Part shown: positions 53,063 to 62,730 of the stretch, in pieces
How the letters are laid out: the number at the start of each line of letters is the position of its first letter
Position numbering within the stretch: the first letter of the stretch is position 1
Source: an uncultured Eubacteriales bacterium
GTDB lineage: Bacteria; Acidobacteriota; Aminicenantia; Aminicenantales; Saccharicenantaceae
NCBI GenBank assembly: GCA_964574895.1
Contig: CAZNPB010000010.1
Span: forward strand, 183-64,182
Length of the DNA stretch: 64,000 nucleotides
Direction: 5' to 3'
Notes under the pieces: generated by a model
The model's input: only the letters and a program-made list of their open reading frames with translations
Databases searched by the model: none
What the model was told of the DNA's origin: nothing
Position numbers and translations under genes: made by a program

Positions 53063-55102
53063 TCACCGCAGACCTTCGAGCTTCTTGAGGATCTCCGGCT
53101 GTCCCGGTTCGATCTCGATCGATTTCTTCCAGGCCGAGCGAGCCGATTCCCGCTCTCCCGCGCCGTAATAGCTTTCGCCGAGCAGGTTGAGAATGTCGAT
53201 CTTGGCCCCGAAACGGGACAGATATTTTTTAAAATAATATATGGCCGGACCGAAACTCCCCTGGGAATAAGCCGATCTTCCCAGCAGCTCGTATATCTCC
53301 GGCCGTTCCGCGGCTCTGGATAGGAAACGGGCCAGGACATCCTGGACCGCCGAATAGGCCTTCAGCTCGAAAAGGGCCTGGCTCAAGCTCAAGTTGAACT
53401 CGAGGGAAGCCGGGTCCTTGCGGCAGGCTTCCTCCAGGAGGGCTTTCGCCTCCTCCGGCCTGCCGCTGTTCAGCCATTGCGTCCCCAAAATCAGCGAATA
53501 GCCGGGATCATCGGGCGGGGGAAGCGCCTGGGCCAGGCGCCAGAGGGGCCGGGGCACGCGAACGGCGTTGACGATGAAGTCCTCGCGGGCGGCGCCCAGC
53601 TCCTTCTGGTCCCCGTCCAGGAGCGTCACGACAAGGCGATAGATCCCCGGATCGAACTCCTTGGGCGCCAGTTCTTCCGAGAAACAAGCGGCATCATCCA
53701 GGTCCCGGAGCGAACGGTTGACGAGGCGGACCTTCTGGTCCTCTCGAAAAAAGGAGAGATCGAGGGTCGCCGCCGCCCTGGCCTCCGGGCTCAAAGGCGG
53801 GATGCCGACGCTGATGACCAGCGGATCGTCCTGATCGAAGATCCGGCTGGCGACGGGCTGGATCTGGAGCCGCCCCAGGCGGAACGGCCGGAAGTCCCCG
53901 GCCGGGGAAGCCGCGGGCTCCAGGGGCCGGGATAGGAAGACGGGGCCGAGTCCGGGGGCTTCCGCGCTCGGCGGAACGACGATCTCATCTTCGTAGGAGG
54001 TGAATTCCTTGGAGATGGGGTTCTTGATCAGGACGCTGAACTTGAAACGCCCCTCGATCAGGGGAAAGGCGTCCTGGAACGACAACTTCTTCGTCTTCAT
54101 TTCGGCGACTTCGTCCGCGCCGAAATCCAGCGAGACGTCTCTCTGGAATTGATAGATCGTCCTATCGGATTGATCGGCCACCCGGCCGAAGATCTCGAGA
54201 TGAACGAAATAGCGGTCCCCGGTCCGGCCGATGGAGAGGCGGTCGGGCTCCACGGCATAATGGATGAACCGGCGCCCGTCCTTTTCCGCGATGACCTTCA
54301 GGAGAGCGTCGTTCCCGATATAATTCACGGACCGGTCGACCTCGACGATGGCTTTGTACTTCAGGATCTTCTCGGCGTAAACGTCATTGACCCGTTTCAG
54401 CGGATAAGCCTGGATCGAGGCCAGGAGCGTCTCGGACCGCAGCTCGGGCATGCCCCCATAAGCATTCTGCTCTCCCGGGATGAGGGATAGCGAGACGTTG
54501 GCCAGCTCCCGGTCGACGCGGAGGAGGACATTCGCGGCCTGAGAGGGATCGCCGCTGTAGGACTCGATGAGCGCCTTGGCGCCGTGCCTGATGGGGCTAT
54601 AGAGGATGTAGTCCCCGATGCCGTCCTGTTGAAAGAAGAGAACATAGAAGGCCTGGGGAAGCCCGTAGCCATACTCCCCCTGATAGAACCAGAGGTCGAT
54701 GGGAACCAGGTTCAGGCTCTCCCCGCCATAGGAATTCGAGCTTCTGGGCTTGCCCAGGATGATGTGCACGCGTCCTCGATCCGTCTTCCAACCCGGCTTC
54801 GACGTCCCTTTGCCGAACATCCCGTTGGCGTAGCGGATCCGATCGTAATGTTCGATCTTGAACTCGTTCTGCGGGGTTTCCGGGATCGGGTCGCGCTGGT
54901 GCCAGAAGGCCTCGACGAAGATATCCCTCTCCCTGTCGGAAGCCAGTTTCAGGAAAACGTTCTTTTCTTTCGCCGTAATGATATAAACGACTTCTTCGTT
55001 CAGCCAAGCGCTGTACTTCAGAGGCAAGTCCCGGGTCTGGGGAAGCGGTAAGGCGAGAAGAAAGCCCCCCAAAAGAAAATGAACGCACAAAATTCTTTTC
55101 AT
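53063..55102 (-). CDS. GWxTD domain-containing protein with C-terminal TPR repeats
   Basis: The literal motif SKPGWKTDRGRVHIILGKP is preceded by YIITAKEKNVFLKLASDRERDIFVEAFWHQRDP, the layout I associate with the GWxTD domain family. A signal peptide is present. Confidence 0.7.
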   Translation of the reverse strand: MKRILCVHFLLGGFLLALPLPQTRDLPLKYSAWLNEEVVYIITAKEKNVFLKLASDRERDIFVEAFWHQRDPIPETPQNEFKIEHYDRIRYANGMFGKGTSKPGWKTDRGRVHIILGKPRSSNSYGGESLNLVPIDLWFYQGEYGYGLPQAFYVLFFQQDGIGDYILYSPIRHGAKALIESYSGDPSQAANVLLRVDRELANVSLSLIPGEQNAYGGMPELRSETLLASIQAYPLKRVNDVYAEKILKYKAIVEVDRSVNYIGNDALLKVIAEKDGRRFIHYAVEPDRLSIGRTGDRYFVHLEIFGRVADQSDRTIYQFQRDVSLDFGADEVAEMKTKKLSFQDAFPLIEGRFKFSVLIKNPISKEFTSYEDEIVVPPSAEAPGLGPVFLSRPLEPAASPAGDFRPFRLGRLQIQPVASRIFDQDDPLVISVGIPPLSPEARAAATLDLSFFREDQKVRLVNRSLRDLDDAACFSEELAPKEFDPGIYRLVVTLLDGDQKELGAAREDFIVNAVRVPRPLWRLAQALPPPDDPGYSLILGTQWLNSGRPEEAKALLEEACRKDPASLEFNLSLSQALFELKAYSAVQDVLARFLSRAAERPEIYELLGRSAYSQGSFGPAIYYFKKYLSRFGAKIDILNLLGESYYGAGERESARSAWKKSIEIEPGQPEILKKLEGLR

Positions 55103-55113
55103 TAAGTAGTATT

Positions 55114-55142
55114 TATATACTATACTGATACTTTGGTGTCAA
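55114..55142 (-). promoter_or_regulatory. sigma70-like promoter of the GWxTD operon, implying a near-leaderless mRNA
   Basis: On the minus strand: TTGACA (55142-55137), a 17-nt spacer, then TATATA (55119-55114). Only 11 nt separate the -10 element from the ATG at 55102, and no SD is present. Confidence 0.45.
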
Positions 55143-55272
55143 CTATTATGGTGACAATTGATTCGTCCTACCCGCTTTCTTGCCGCCCCGAGCGGTTTTC
55201 TCGACAGGCAAGGCCGGGCCCGGATGCGCCCGCCTTCAAGAACGTTATGATGGCCCGCGCCAAGATGCGATT

Positions 55273-56976
55273 ATGCGGAGAGACGCGATGACAGCAAAGG
55301 TATCCCTTATCCGCCGGGCGGCGGGTCCTGCCGGCGTCCTGCTTATCGGCCTGGCGGCGTCCTGCGCCGGCGCCCGACCGGTCGGTCCGGGCGATGTCGT
55401 GGCCGGCCGGGCCATGGTCGCCTCGGCCCATCCCGCGGCCACGGCCGTCGGCCTCGAGATCCTCAAGAAAGGGGGCAACGCCGTCGACGCCGCGGTGGCC
55501 ACGGCTTTCGCTCTGAGCATCGCCGAGCCGAATGCCTCGGGCGTCGGGGGCGGCGGCTTCATGATCGTCAAGATGGCCGACCGGCCCGAGGCCATCATGA
55601 TCGACTACCGGGAGACGGCCCCCCGCAAGGCGACGCCGGAATACTATTATGAAGCGGGCCCGCCCTTCGAGGCCCGGACGGCCGAGGGGCCGGACGCGGT
55701 CGGCGTCCCCGGGCTCGTCGCCGGCGCCGGCCAGGCCCTCGAGAAATACGGCACGATGAGCCTGGCCCAAGTCCTCGAACCGGCCATCCGGCTCTGCCGC
55801 GAAGGGATCACGGTCAGCCCGAAACTCAACGGGATGATCGTCGAGAACATGGAGAAGATCCAGAAATACCCGGCCGCGGCGGCCCTCTATCTGCCGGACG
55901 GCCTTCCGGCCGAGCCCGGGACCGTGCTGCGCAACGAGGCGCTGGCCGCGACCCTGGAGAGGATCGCGGCCGGCGGGCCGCGTACCTTCTACGAAGGCCC
56001 GATGGCCGAAGCCATCGCCGCCGAACTCCGGCGGCTGGGCGGGATCATGGAGGCCGCGGATTTGGCCGACTACCGGGCCAAGCTCCGTACGCCCGTCGCC
56101 GGGACCTATCGCGGCTACGAGATCTTGTCGGCGGCGCCGCCGACGGGCGGCGGCACCCATCTTGTCGAGCTCCTGAACATCGTCGAGGGCTTCGACGTGA
56201 AAAGCATGGGCTCGGGGAGCGCCAAGCTCATCCACGTCCTAGCCGAGGCCATGAAGATGGTCTACGCCGATAAGGCGGCGAATTCCGGCGATCCCGACGT
56301 TTATGACATCCCCGTGGCCGCCCTGACCGACAAAGCCTACGCCGCCAGGCTGCGGGAACGGATCGTCACGGCCAAAGCCCGCTTCGACTATGCCCCGTCT
56401 TCGCTCGTCGGCAGGGAAAGCGAGAGCACCTCCCACCTATCGGTCGCTGACGAGAAAGGCAACGTCGTCGCCTTGACTCAGAGCATCAACAGCTTCTTCG
56501 GCGCGGGCATCGTCGTCCCCGGCATGGGCGTTATCCTCAACAACCACCTGGCCGATTTCGACAGCCAAGCTGGCGGACCGAACGCCATCGGCCCGGGCCG
56601 GCGGCCCGCGAGCAGCATCTCCCCGACCGTGGTCTGCCGGTCCGGCAAGCCGGTCCTGGTCCTGGGCTCGCCCGGCGCGGCCCGGATCATCTCGGCCCTG
56701 GCCCAGATCATCATCAATTTCGTCGACTTCGGCATGGGCCTCGATGAAGCCATCGAAGCGCCGAGGATGCACTGCCTGACGAAAACCCTGGCCGTCGAGG
56801 GCCGGATATCCGGCGAAGTCATCAGGACCCTCGAGTCTTGGGGACACACGGTCGAGAGATATCCGGACTGGGACAACTTTTTTGGCGGGGCTCAGGGGAT
56901 CTTCCTCGACGCCCGGGCCGGAAGGCTCTGCGGCGCGGCCGACTCCCGCCGGGACGGCGCGGCCGCCGGATATTGA
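55273..56976 (+). CDS. ggt: gamma-glutamyltransferase, lipoprotein-type signal
   Basis: MVASAHPAATAVGLEILKKGGNAVDAAVA, PNASGVGGGGFM and the autoprocessing Thr context ESTSHLSVAD are present, plus a lipobox-like GLAASC. The start is at 55273 or 55288. Confidence 0.85.
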   Translation: MRRDAMTAKVSLIRRAAGPAGVLLIGLAASCAGARPVGPGDVVAGRAMVASAHPAATAVGLEILKKGGNAVDAAVATAFALSIAEPNASGVGGGGFMIVKMADRPEAIMIDYRETAPRKATPEYYYEAGPPFEARTAEGPDAVGVPGLVAGAGQALEKYGTMSLAQVLEPAIRLCREGITVSPKLNGMIVENMEKIQKYPAAAALYLPDGLPAEPGTVLRNEALAATLERIAAGGPRTFYEGPMAEAIAAELRRLGGIMEAADLADYRAKLRTPVAGTYRGYEILSAAPPTGGGTHLVELLNIVEGFDVKSMGSGSAKLIHVLAEAMKMVYADKAANSGDPDVYDIPVAALTDKAYAARLRERIVTAKARFDYAPSSLVGRESESTSHLSVADEKGNVVALTQSINSFFGAGIVVPGMGVILNNHLADFDSQAGGPNAIGPGRRPASSISPTVVCRSGKPVLVLGSPGAARIISALAQIIINFVDFGMGLDEAIEAPRMHCLTKTLAVEGRISGEVIRTLESWGHTVERYPDWDNFFGGAQGIFLDARAGRLCGAADSRRDGAAAGY

Positions 56977-57001
56977 GATCTCGAGCGAACGGAGGTCTAT
57001 C

Positions 57002-58027
57002 ATGAAACGAACGATGGCTTCGATCCTAACGCTTTTTGCGGCTCTGGCCGCATTCTCCTGCGCCAGAACGGCGATGAGCCGCGAGACCCGGATCGAGGAA
57101 GTCCTGGCGAAGAAACAAGACGTCACCATCATGATAACGGACTCGGGACTGGGCGGGCTTTCGGTCGCAGCTGACATCGCCGCCCGGCTGCCGGACAGCG
57201 GCATCTTCCGCCGAGCCCGCATCGTTTTCTACAATGCCCTTTTCGACGATCTCGGCTATAACGGCCTGGCCTCGGAAGCCGAAAAGGACCGCATCTTCGA
57301 CATCGTTCTCCGGGCTATGGAAGAACGCTACCGGCCTGATATCCTGCTCATCGCCTGCAACACCCTATCGGTCGTCTACGACCGGACGGCCTTCTCCCGC
57401 AGGACGCGCCTCCCGGTGGTCGGCATCGTCGATACGGGTGTTGATCTCATCGCCCGGCAATTCGAAAGGACGCCCGGGGCCACGGCCATTCTCTTCGGAA
57501 CGAAGACCACGATCGAGAACGAAGCCCATAAAAAGGCCCTGGTCGCCCGGGGGTTCCCGGCCGAGCGGATCATCGGACAGGCCTGCCACAAGCTGGCCGG
57601 GGCGATCGAGCGGGGCCCCGCGTCGCCGGAGACCGTGGATTACGTCCGCCGGTTCGTGGGCGAGGCCCTGGCCAAGACCGGTCCGGCCGCCGGCCCCCTG
57701 TTCGCCAGCTTCAATTGCACCCACTACGGCTACGCCCGACAGCAGTTCGCCGAGGCCTTTGCGATAGCCGGGCATCCGGGAATAGAGATCCTTGATCCTA
57801 ACCCGCTCATGGGAGACGTCCTCTTCCGGCCGGCTTATCTCCACAGGCATCCGCGGACGGAGGTGGCCGTCGAGGTCGTCTCCAAACTGGAGATCACCGA
57901 ACAGGAGCAGAGGGCCATCGGACCGCTCCTCCAGACCGTCTCCTCGACGGTGGCCGCGGCCTTTCGGAACTACACCCTCGACCCGAAGCTCTTCGCCGTC
58001 GGCCCTGATCGATCAAAGAGGAAATAG
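57002..58027 (+). CDS. Asp/Glu racemase family (glutamate racemase-like) protein with a lipoprotein-type signal peptide
   Basis: DSGLGGLSV, IACNTLS (Cys 1) and FNCTHYGY (Cys 2) are present. The N-terminus MKRTMASILTLFAALAAFSC has a lipobox. A GGAGG SD lies 7 nt before the ATG at 57002. Confidence 0.65.
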   Translation: MKRTMASILTLFAALAAFSCARTAMSRETRIEEVLAKKQDVTIMITDSGLGGLSVAADIAARLPDSGIFRRARIVFYNALFDDLGYNGLASEAEKDRIFDIVLRAMEERYRPDILLIACNTLSVVYDRTAFSRRTRLPVVGIVDTGVDLIARQFERTPGATAILFGTKTTIENEAHKKALVARGFPAERIIGQACHKLAGAIERGPASPETVDYVRRFVGEALAKTGPAAGPLFASFNCTHYGYARQQFAEAFAIAGHPGIEILDPNPLMGDVLFRPAYLHRHPRTEVAVEVVSKLEITEQEQRAIGPLLQTVSSTVAAAFRNYTLDPKLFAVGPDRSKRK

Positions 58028-58167
58028 GGGTTCCGGCCGCGTTCAGCGGCCAAGGGCCTGTCCAGCCAACGTCCCGCTGGGAGCTCCGCCGTCAGGGGCC
58101 ACCCGTCGTTAACGAGGAAAGGGGCGGAGCTCCCCGGCTTCGAACGGGACCGCGTTTCGGCAAGCCC

Positions 58168-59022
58168 CTATTTTTTCAGGGGGGCGACGCCGGCCATGTC
58201 GCCGATGACGTTGACCAGGTCCTTGTCCGACGGGACGATGATCTTGGCGTTGGCCTGAAGAGAGGTCTCCAGGGCCTGGAGGCGCCGCAGGATCTGGGCG
58301 TTGCCGACGAAGTACTTCTCGGCCGCCTCGTTGACCAGGCGGATGGCCTCGGCCTCGCCCTGGGCTTCGAGGATCTTGGCCTGCCGGACGCCTTCGGCCT
58401 TCTTGATCTCGGCCCGCCGCTCGCCGTCGGCGACCGTCTCGCGGGCCGTGGCGAAGTCGACGGCCGCGATCTTCTCGTTCTCGGCCTTGACGACCTTGTT
58501 CATGGTCTCTTGGACGTCCTTGGGCGGGTCGATCTCCTTGAGCTCGGTCCGGACGATGTCGATGCCCCAGCGGGCCGTCTCCGTGGACAGGGTCTTGAGG
58601 AGCTCCTCGTTGATCTTGCCCCGCTCGCTGTTGGCCGATTTCAGGGTCAGGGTGCCGATGATGTTGCGCAGGGTCGTCCGGGCCAGGTTGACGATCTGCC
58701 ACTGGAAGTTGTTGACGTTGTACTGGGAGGACTTGACGTTGCCCTCGTCCTCCTTGACCCGGAAGTAGACCTGGGCGTCGACCCGGGCGTTGAGGTTGTC
58801 GTTGGTGATGATCTCCTGGGGCGCGGCGTCGACCATCATCTCGGTGATGTTGATCTGGCGCAGCTGTTCGATCCCGGGGATGACCCAGTTGAAGCCGGGC
58901 ATGGCGAAGCGATGGTACTTGCCCAGTCGCTCGACCAGGCCCCGGTGGGTCGGCCGGACGATGCGGATGCCCAGCAGGAAGAAAAAGACGATGACGCCGA
59001 CGATCCAAAGGTAGATGATCAT
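58168..59022 (-). CDS. SPFH/band-7 (stomatin-like) membrane protein
   Basis: An N-terminal TM is followed by the SPFH core VRPTHRGLVERLGKYHR...IITNDNLNARVDAQVYFRV and a coiled-coil AEAIRL tail. Confidence 0.85.
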   Translation of the reverse strand: MIIYLWIVGVIVFFFLLGIRIVRPTHRGLVERLGKYHRFAMPGFNWVIPGIEQLRQINITEMMVDAAPQEIITNDNLNARVDAQVYFRVKEDEGNVKSSQYNVNNFQWQIVNLARTTLRNIIGTLTLKSANSERGKINEELLKTLSTETARWGIDIVRTELKEIDPPKDVQETMNKVVKAENEKIAAVDFATARETVADGERRAEIKKAEGVRQAKILEAQGEAEAIRLVNEAAEKYFVGNAQILRRLQALETSLQANAKIIVPSDKDLVNVIGDMAGVAPLKK

Positions 59023-59074
59023 GGCTTGTCCTCTCTCGTAGGGTTAGCCCTAACTATACCGCCGGTTCAAGATG

Positions 59075-59115
59075 GGGTCAAACCTACATTTTTCGGGAAA
59101 ATGTAGGTTTGACCC
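59075..59115. repeat. perfect 18-bp inverted repeat (stem-loop), possible terminator or protein-binding site
   Basis: GGGTCAAACCTACATTTT (59075-59092), a 5-nt loop, AAAATGTAGGTTTGACCC (59098-59115). It lies between the SDR stop (59165) and the SPFH start (59022). Confidence 0.6.
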
Positions 59116-59164
59116 TCTCGATCTCCTTCATAATACGGAAGGAAAGGCTAAGGGTTCGCCGGGG

Positions 59165-59881
59165 CTACATCTTCCAGGTGCCGGCGACGATGACGTTGGC
59201 GCCGGTGACGGCGGCCGCGGCGTCCGAAGCGCAGTAGGCCACGGCCCCGGCCACGTCCTCGAACGTCCCCAACTGGGCCTCCGAGACGCTCTTCATCGAG
59301 GGCAGGGCCCCGCCCCGGATGAGCCCCGGCGAGACCATGTTGACCGTGATCCCGTTGGCCACCTCGGCCGCGGCGGCCGTCCGGGTCAGCGTCAGCAACC
59401 CCGTCTTGGCCACCGCGTAGGGGACGATCGTGGGGAAGGCGCCGAGATGCTCGGCCCGGCTGAAGCCGATGTTGACGATCCTCCCCCACTTCCGCTTGCG
59501 CATGCCCGGCAGGGCCGCCTTCATGCAAAAGTAGGGGCCCAGCAGGTTGCCTCGCAGGACCCGGTCCCAGTCGGCGACCTCCAGCTGGTCCCAGGGCTTG
59601 ATCAGGAACGGCCCGACGTTGTTGACCAGGACGTCCACCCGGGCGAAGCGCTCCTCGACCTTCTTGATCAGGCCGGCGGCCTGGGCCTTCTTGGTCAGAT
59701 CGGCCCGGAACACGGCCGAGAGCTTACCCTTCTCGCGGATGGCGGCGGCCAGCTCCTGGGCCTCCTCGCGGCGGCTGAAATAATGGACGGCCACGCCCGA
59801 GACGTCCTCGGCCAGCCGCAGGGCGATGGCCCGGCCCATGCCGCGGCCGGCCCCGGTGACGAGGGCGATGCGCAGGCCCAT
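59165..59881 (-). CDS. short-chain dehydrogenase/reductase (FabG-like)
   Basis: TGAGRGMGRAIA (cofactor motif), NNVG and YAVAKTG (YxxxK) are present. Confidence 0.85.
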   Translation of the reverse strand: MGLRIALVTGAGRGMGRAIALRLAEDVSGVAVHYFSRREEAQELAAAIREKGKLSAVFRADLTKKAQAAGLIKKVEERFARVDVLVNNVGPFLIKPWDQLEVADWDRVLRGNLLGPYFCMKAALPGMRKRKWGRIVNIGFSRAEHLGAFPTIVPYAVAKTGLLTLTRTAAAAEVANGITVNMVSPGLIRGGALPSMKSVSEAQLGTFEDVAGAVAYCASDAAAAVTGANVIVAGTWKM

Positions 59882-59885
59882 GGGT

Positions 59886-61409
59886 CTAGGCCAGGGTCCC
59901 GACGACCTTCTCGACGGCCTCGAGGATCTCGCCGGAGGCGACGACCTCCTTGAGCCGGTTGATGTCGTTGTAGAGGGGCCGGTCCTCATCGAGGCGGGCG
60001 ACGTGCTTGCGGATGACGTCGTAGGCGGCCTGGATCGCCGGCGCCGGTTTGAGCGGCTTGCGGAAATCGAGGGCCTGGGCCCCGGCCATGAGCTCGATGG
60101 CCAGCACGGCCTGGGCGTTGTCGATGATCTGACGGGTCTTGAGGGCCGTCGTCATGCCCATGCTGACGAAGTCCTCCTGGTCGGCCGCGGCCGGGATGGA
60201 GCCCGTCGCCGCCGGATGGGAAAGGATGCGGTTCTCGCAGACCAGGGCCCCGGCCGTGTACTGGGTCAGCATCAGGCCGGAGAACATGCCGGCGCCCTTG
60301 GTCAGGAAGGCCGGCAGGCCGGCACTGAGGTGCGGGTTCATCAGCCGGTTGTGGCGCCGCTCCGACAGGACGGCGATGGTGGTCACGGACGTGCCGAGCA
60401 GCTCGAGCGGCAGGGCCATGGGCACGCCCTGGAAGTTGGCGCCGGTCAGGACGAGCTGTTCGTCGGGGAAGAAGACCGGGTTGTCGGCCGCCCCGTTGAG
60501 CTCGATCTCGATCATGTAGCGGGCCCACTTGAGGGCGTCGCGGGCCGCCCCGACGACCTGGGGCGTGCTGCGGAGGCTGTAGGCGTCCTGGACCTTTTTC
60601 CCCGTCTGGGCCAGCAGTTCGCTGCCCTCGGTCAGGCGCCGGATGTTGGCCGCCGACTCGAGCGCGCCGGGATAGCCCCGGACCTTGTGGAGCCGCTCGT
60701 CATAGGCTTTCATGTTGGCGTTCAGGACCTCGAGGGTCATGGCCGCGGCGATCTCCGACATCTTCAGCCAGTTGTGGACGTCGTGGACGATCAGGGCGGA
60801 CATGCCGGCGATGACGTTCGAGCCGTTGATCATGGCCAGGCCGTCCCGGGCGTGGAGCACCAGGGGCGCGATGCCGGCCCGTTTGAGGGCTTCGGCGCCG
60901 GGCAGGCGCTCCCCCTGGTAGAAGGCCTCGCCCTCGCCCATCGGCACGAGCGCCATCTGGGCCATCGGCGACAGGTCGCCGCAGGCGCCGACCGAGCCCT
61001 TCTGGCACATGACCGGCGTGACGCCCTTGTTGAGGAGCTCGGCCAGGGTCTCGGTGACGACCGGCCGCAGCCCCGAATGGCCGTGGCAATGGCAGTTGAT
61101 GCGGCTCAAGATGGCGGCCCGGACGATGTCCTCGGGCATGGGATCGCCGTAGCCGGCGGCGTGGCTGTAGACGAGGTAGCGCTGGTACCGCTCGACCTGC
61201 TCCTGGGTCAGGACGACGTTGGCCAGCTCGCCGATGCCGGTGTTGACGCCGTACATGATCTCGTTCTTCCGGATCTTGTCCTCGAGCAGGGCCCGGCATT
61301 TCTCGATGCGCGTCCTGGCCTCGGCGTCGAGGGCGACGGGGACGCGGCCGCGCGCCACCTCGACGACCTTTTCGATGGTCAGACCGGTGCCGGTCAGCTT
61401 CATGGACAT
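59886..61409 (-). CDS. aromatic amino acid ammonia-lyase family, histidine ammonia-lyase-like, MIO triad Ala-Cys-Gly
   Basis: YGVNTGIG, LVYSHAAG (the HAL-type Ser-His selectivity pair), GSVGACGDLSPMAQ (normally GSVGASGDLAPL) and NGSNV are present. The ATG at 61409 has a GGAGG SD. Confidence 0.8.
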   Translation of the reverse strand: MSMKLTGTGLTIEKVVEVARGRVPVALDAEARTRIEKCRALLEDKIRKNEIMYGVNTGIGELANVVLTQEQVERYQRYLVYSHAAGYGDPMPEDIVRAAILSRINCHCHGHSGLRPVVTETLAELLNKGVTPVMCQKGSVGACGDLSPMAQMALVPMGEGEAFYQGERLPGAEALKRAGIAPLVLHARDGLAMINGSNVIAGMSALIVHDVHNWLKMSEIAAAMTLEVLNANMKAYDERLHKVRGYPGALESAANIRRLTEGSELLAQTGKKVQDAYSLRSTPQVVGAARDALKWARYMIEIELNGAADNPVFFPDEQLVLTGANFQGVPMALPLELLGTSVTTIAVLSERRHNRLMNPHLSAGLPAFLTKGAGMFSGLMLTQYTAGALVCENRILSHPAATGSIPAAADQEDFVSMGMTTALKTRQIIDNAQAVLAIELMAGAQALDFRKPLKPAPAIQAAYDVIRKHVARLDEDRPLYNDINRLKEVVASGEILEAVEKVVGTLA

Positions 61410-61588
61410 GGGAGAGCCTCCTGAAGACGACGATGATGAGGGTCGCGGTTCATGGCGAGGCCCTACTTTATCCGAACTCCCGGGCGCGGTCAAACCCTTC
61501 GGAACCCTCCCCCCGGGCTGTTGCCGGGCGGGGGCCGGTGTGCTAGAGTATCCCTCTATTTTTAGCCGTTCGCGAGCGGAGAGAGCCG

Positions 61589-62727
<1,139 letters not shown>

Positions 62728-62730
62728 TCA

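Noticed and set aside
58079-58134. 12-bp inverted repeat GGGAGCTCCGCC ... GGCGGAGCTCCC with a 32-nt spacer between the convergent racemase and SPFH genes
   Set aside because: The loop is long and the stem is GC-only in a GC-rich genome. It could be a weak bidirectional terminator, but it is not distinctive enough to call.
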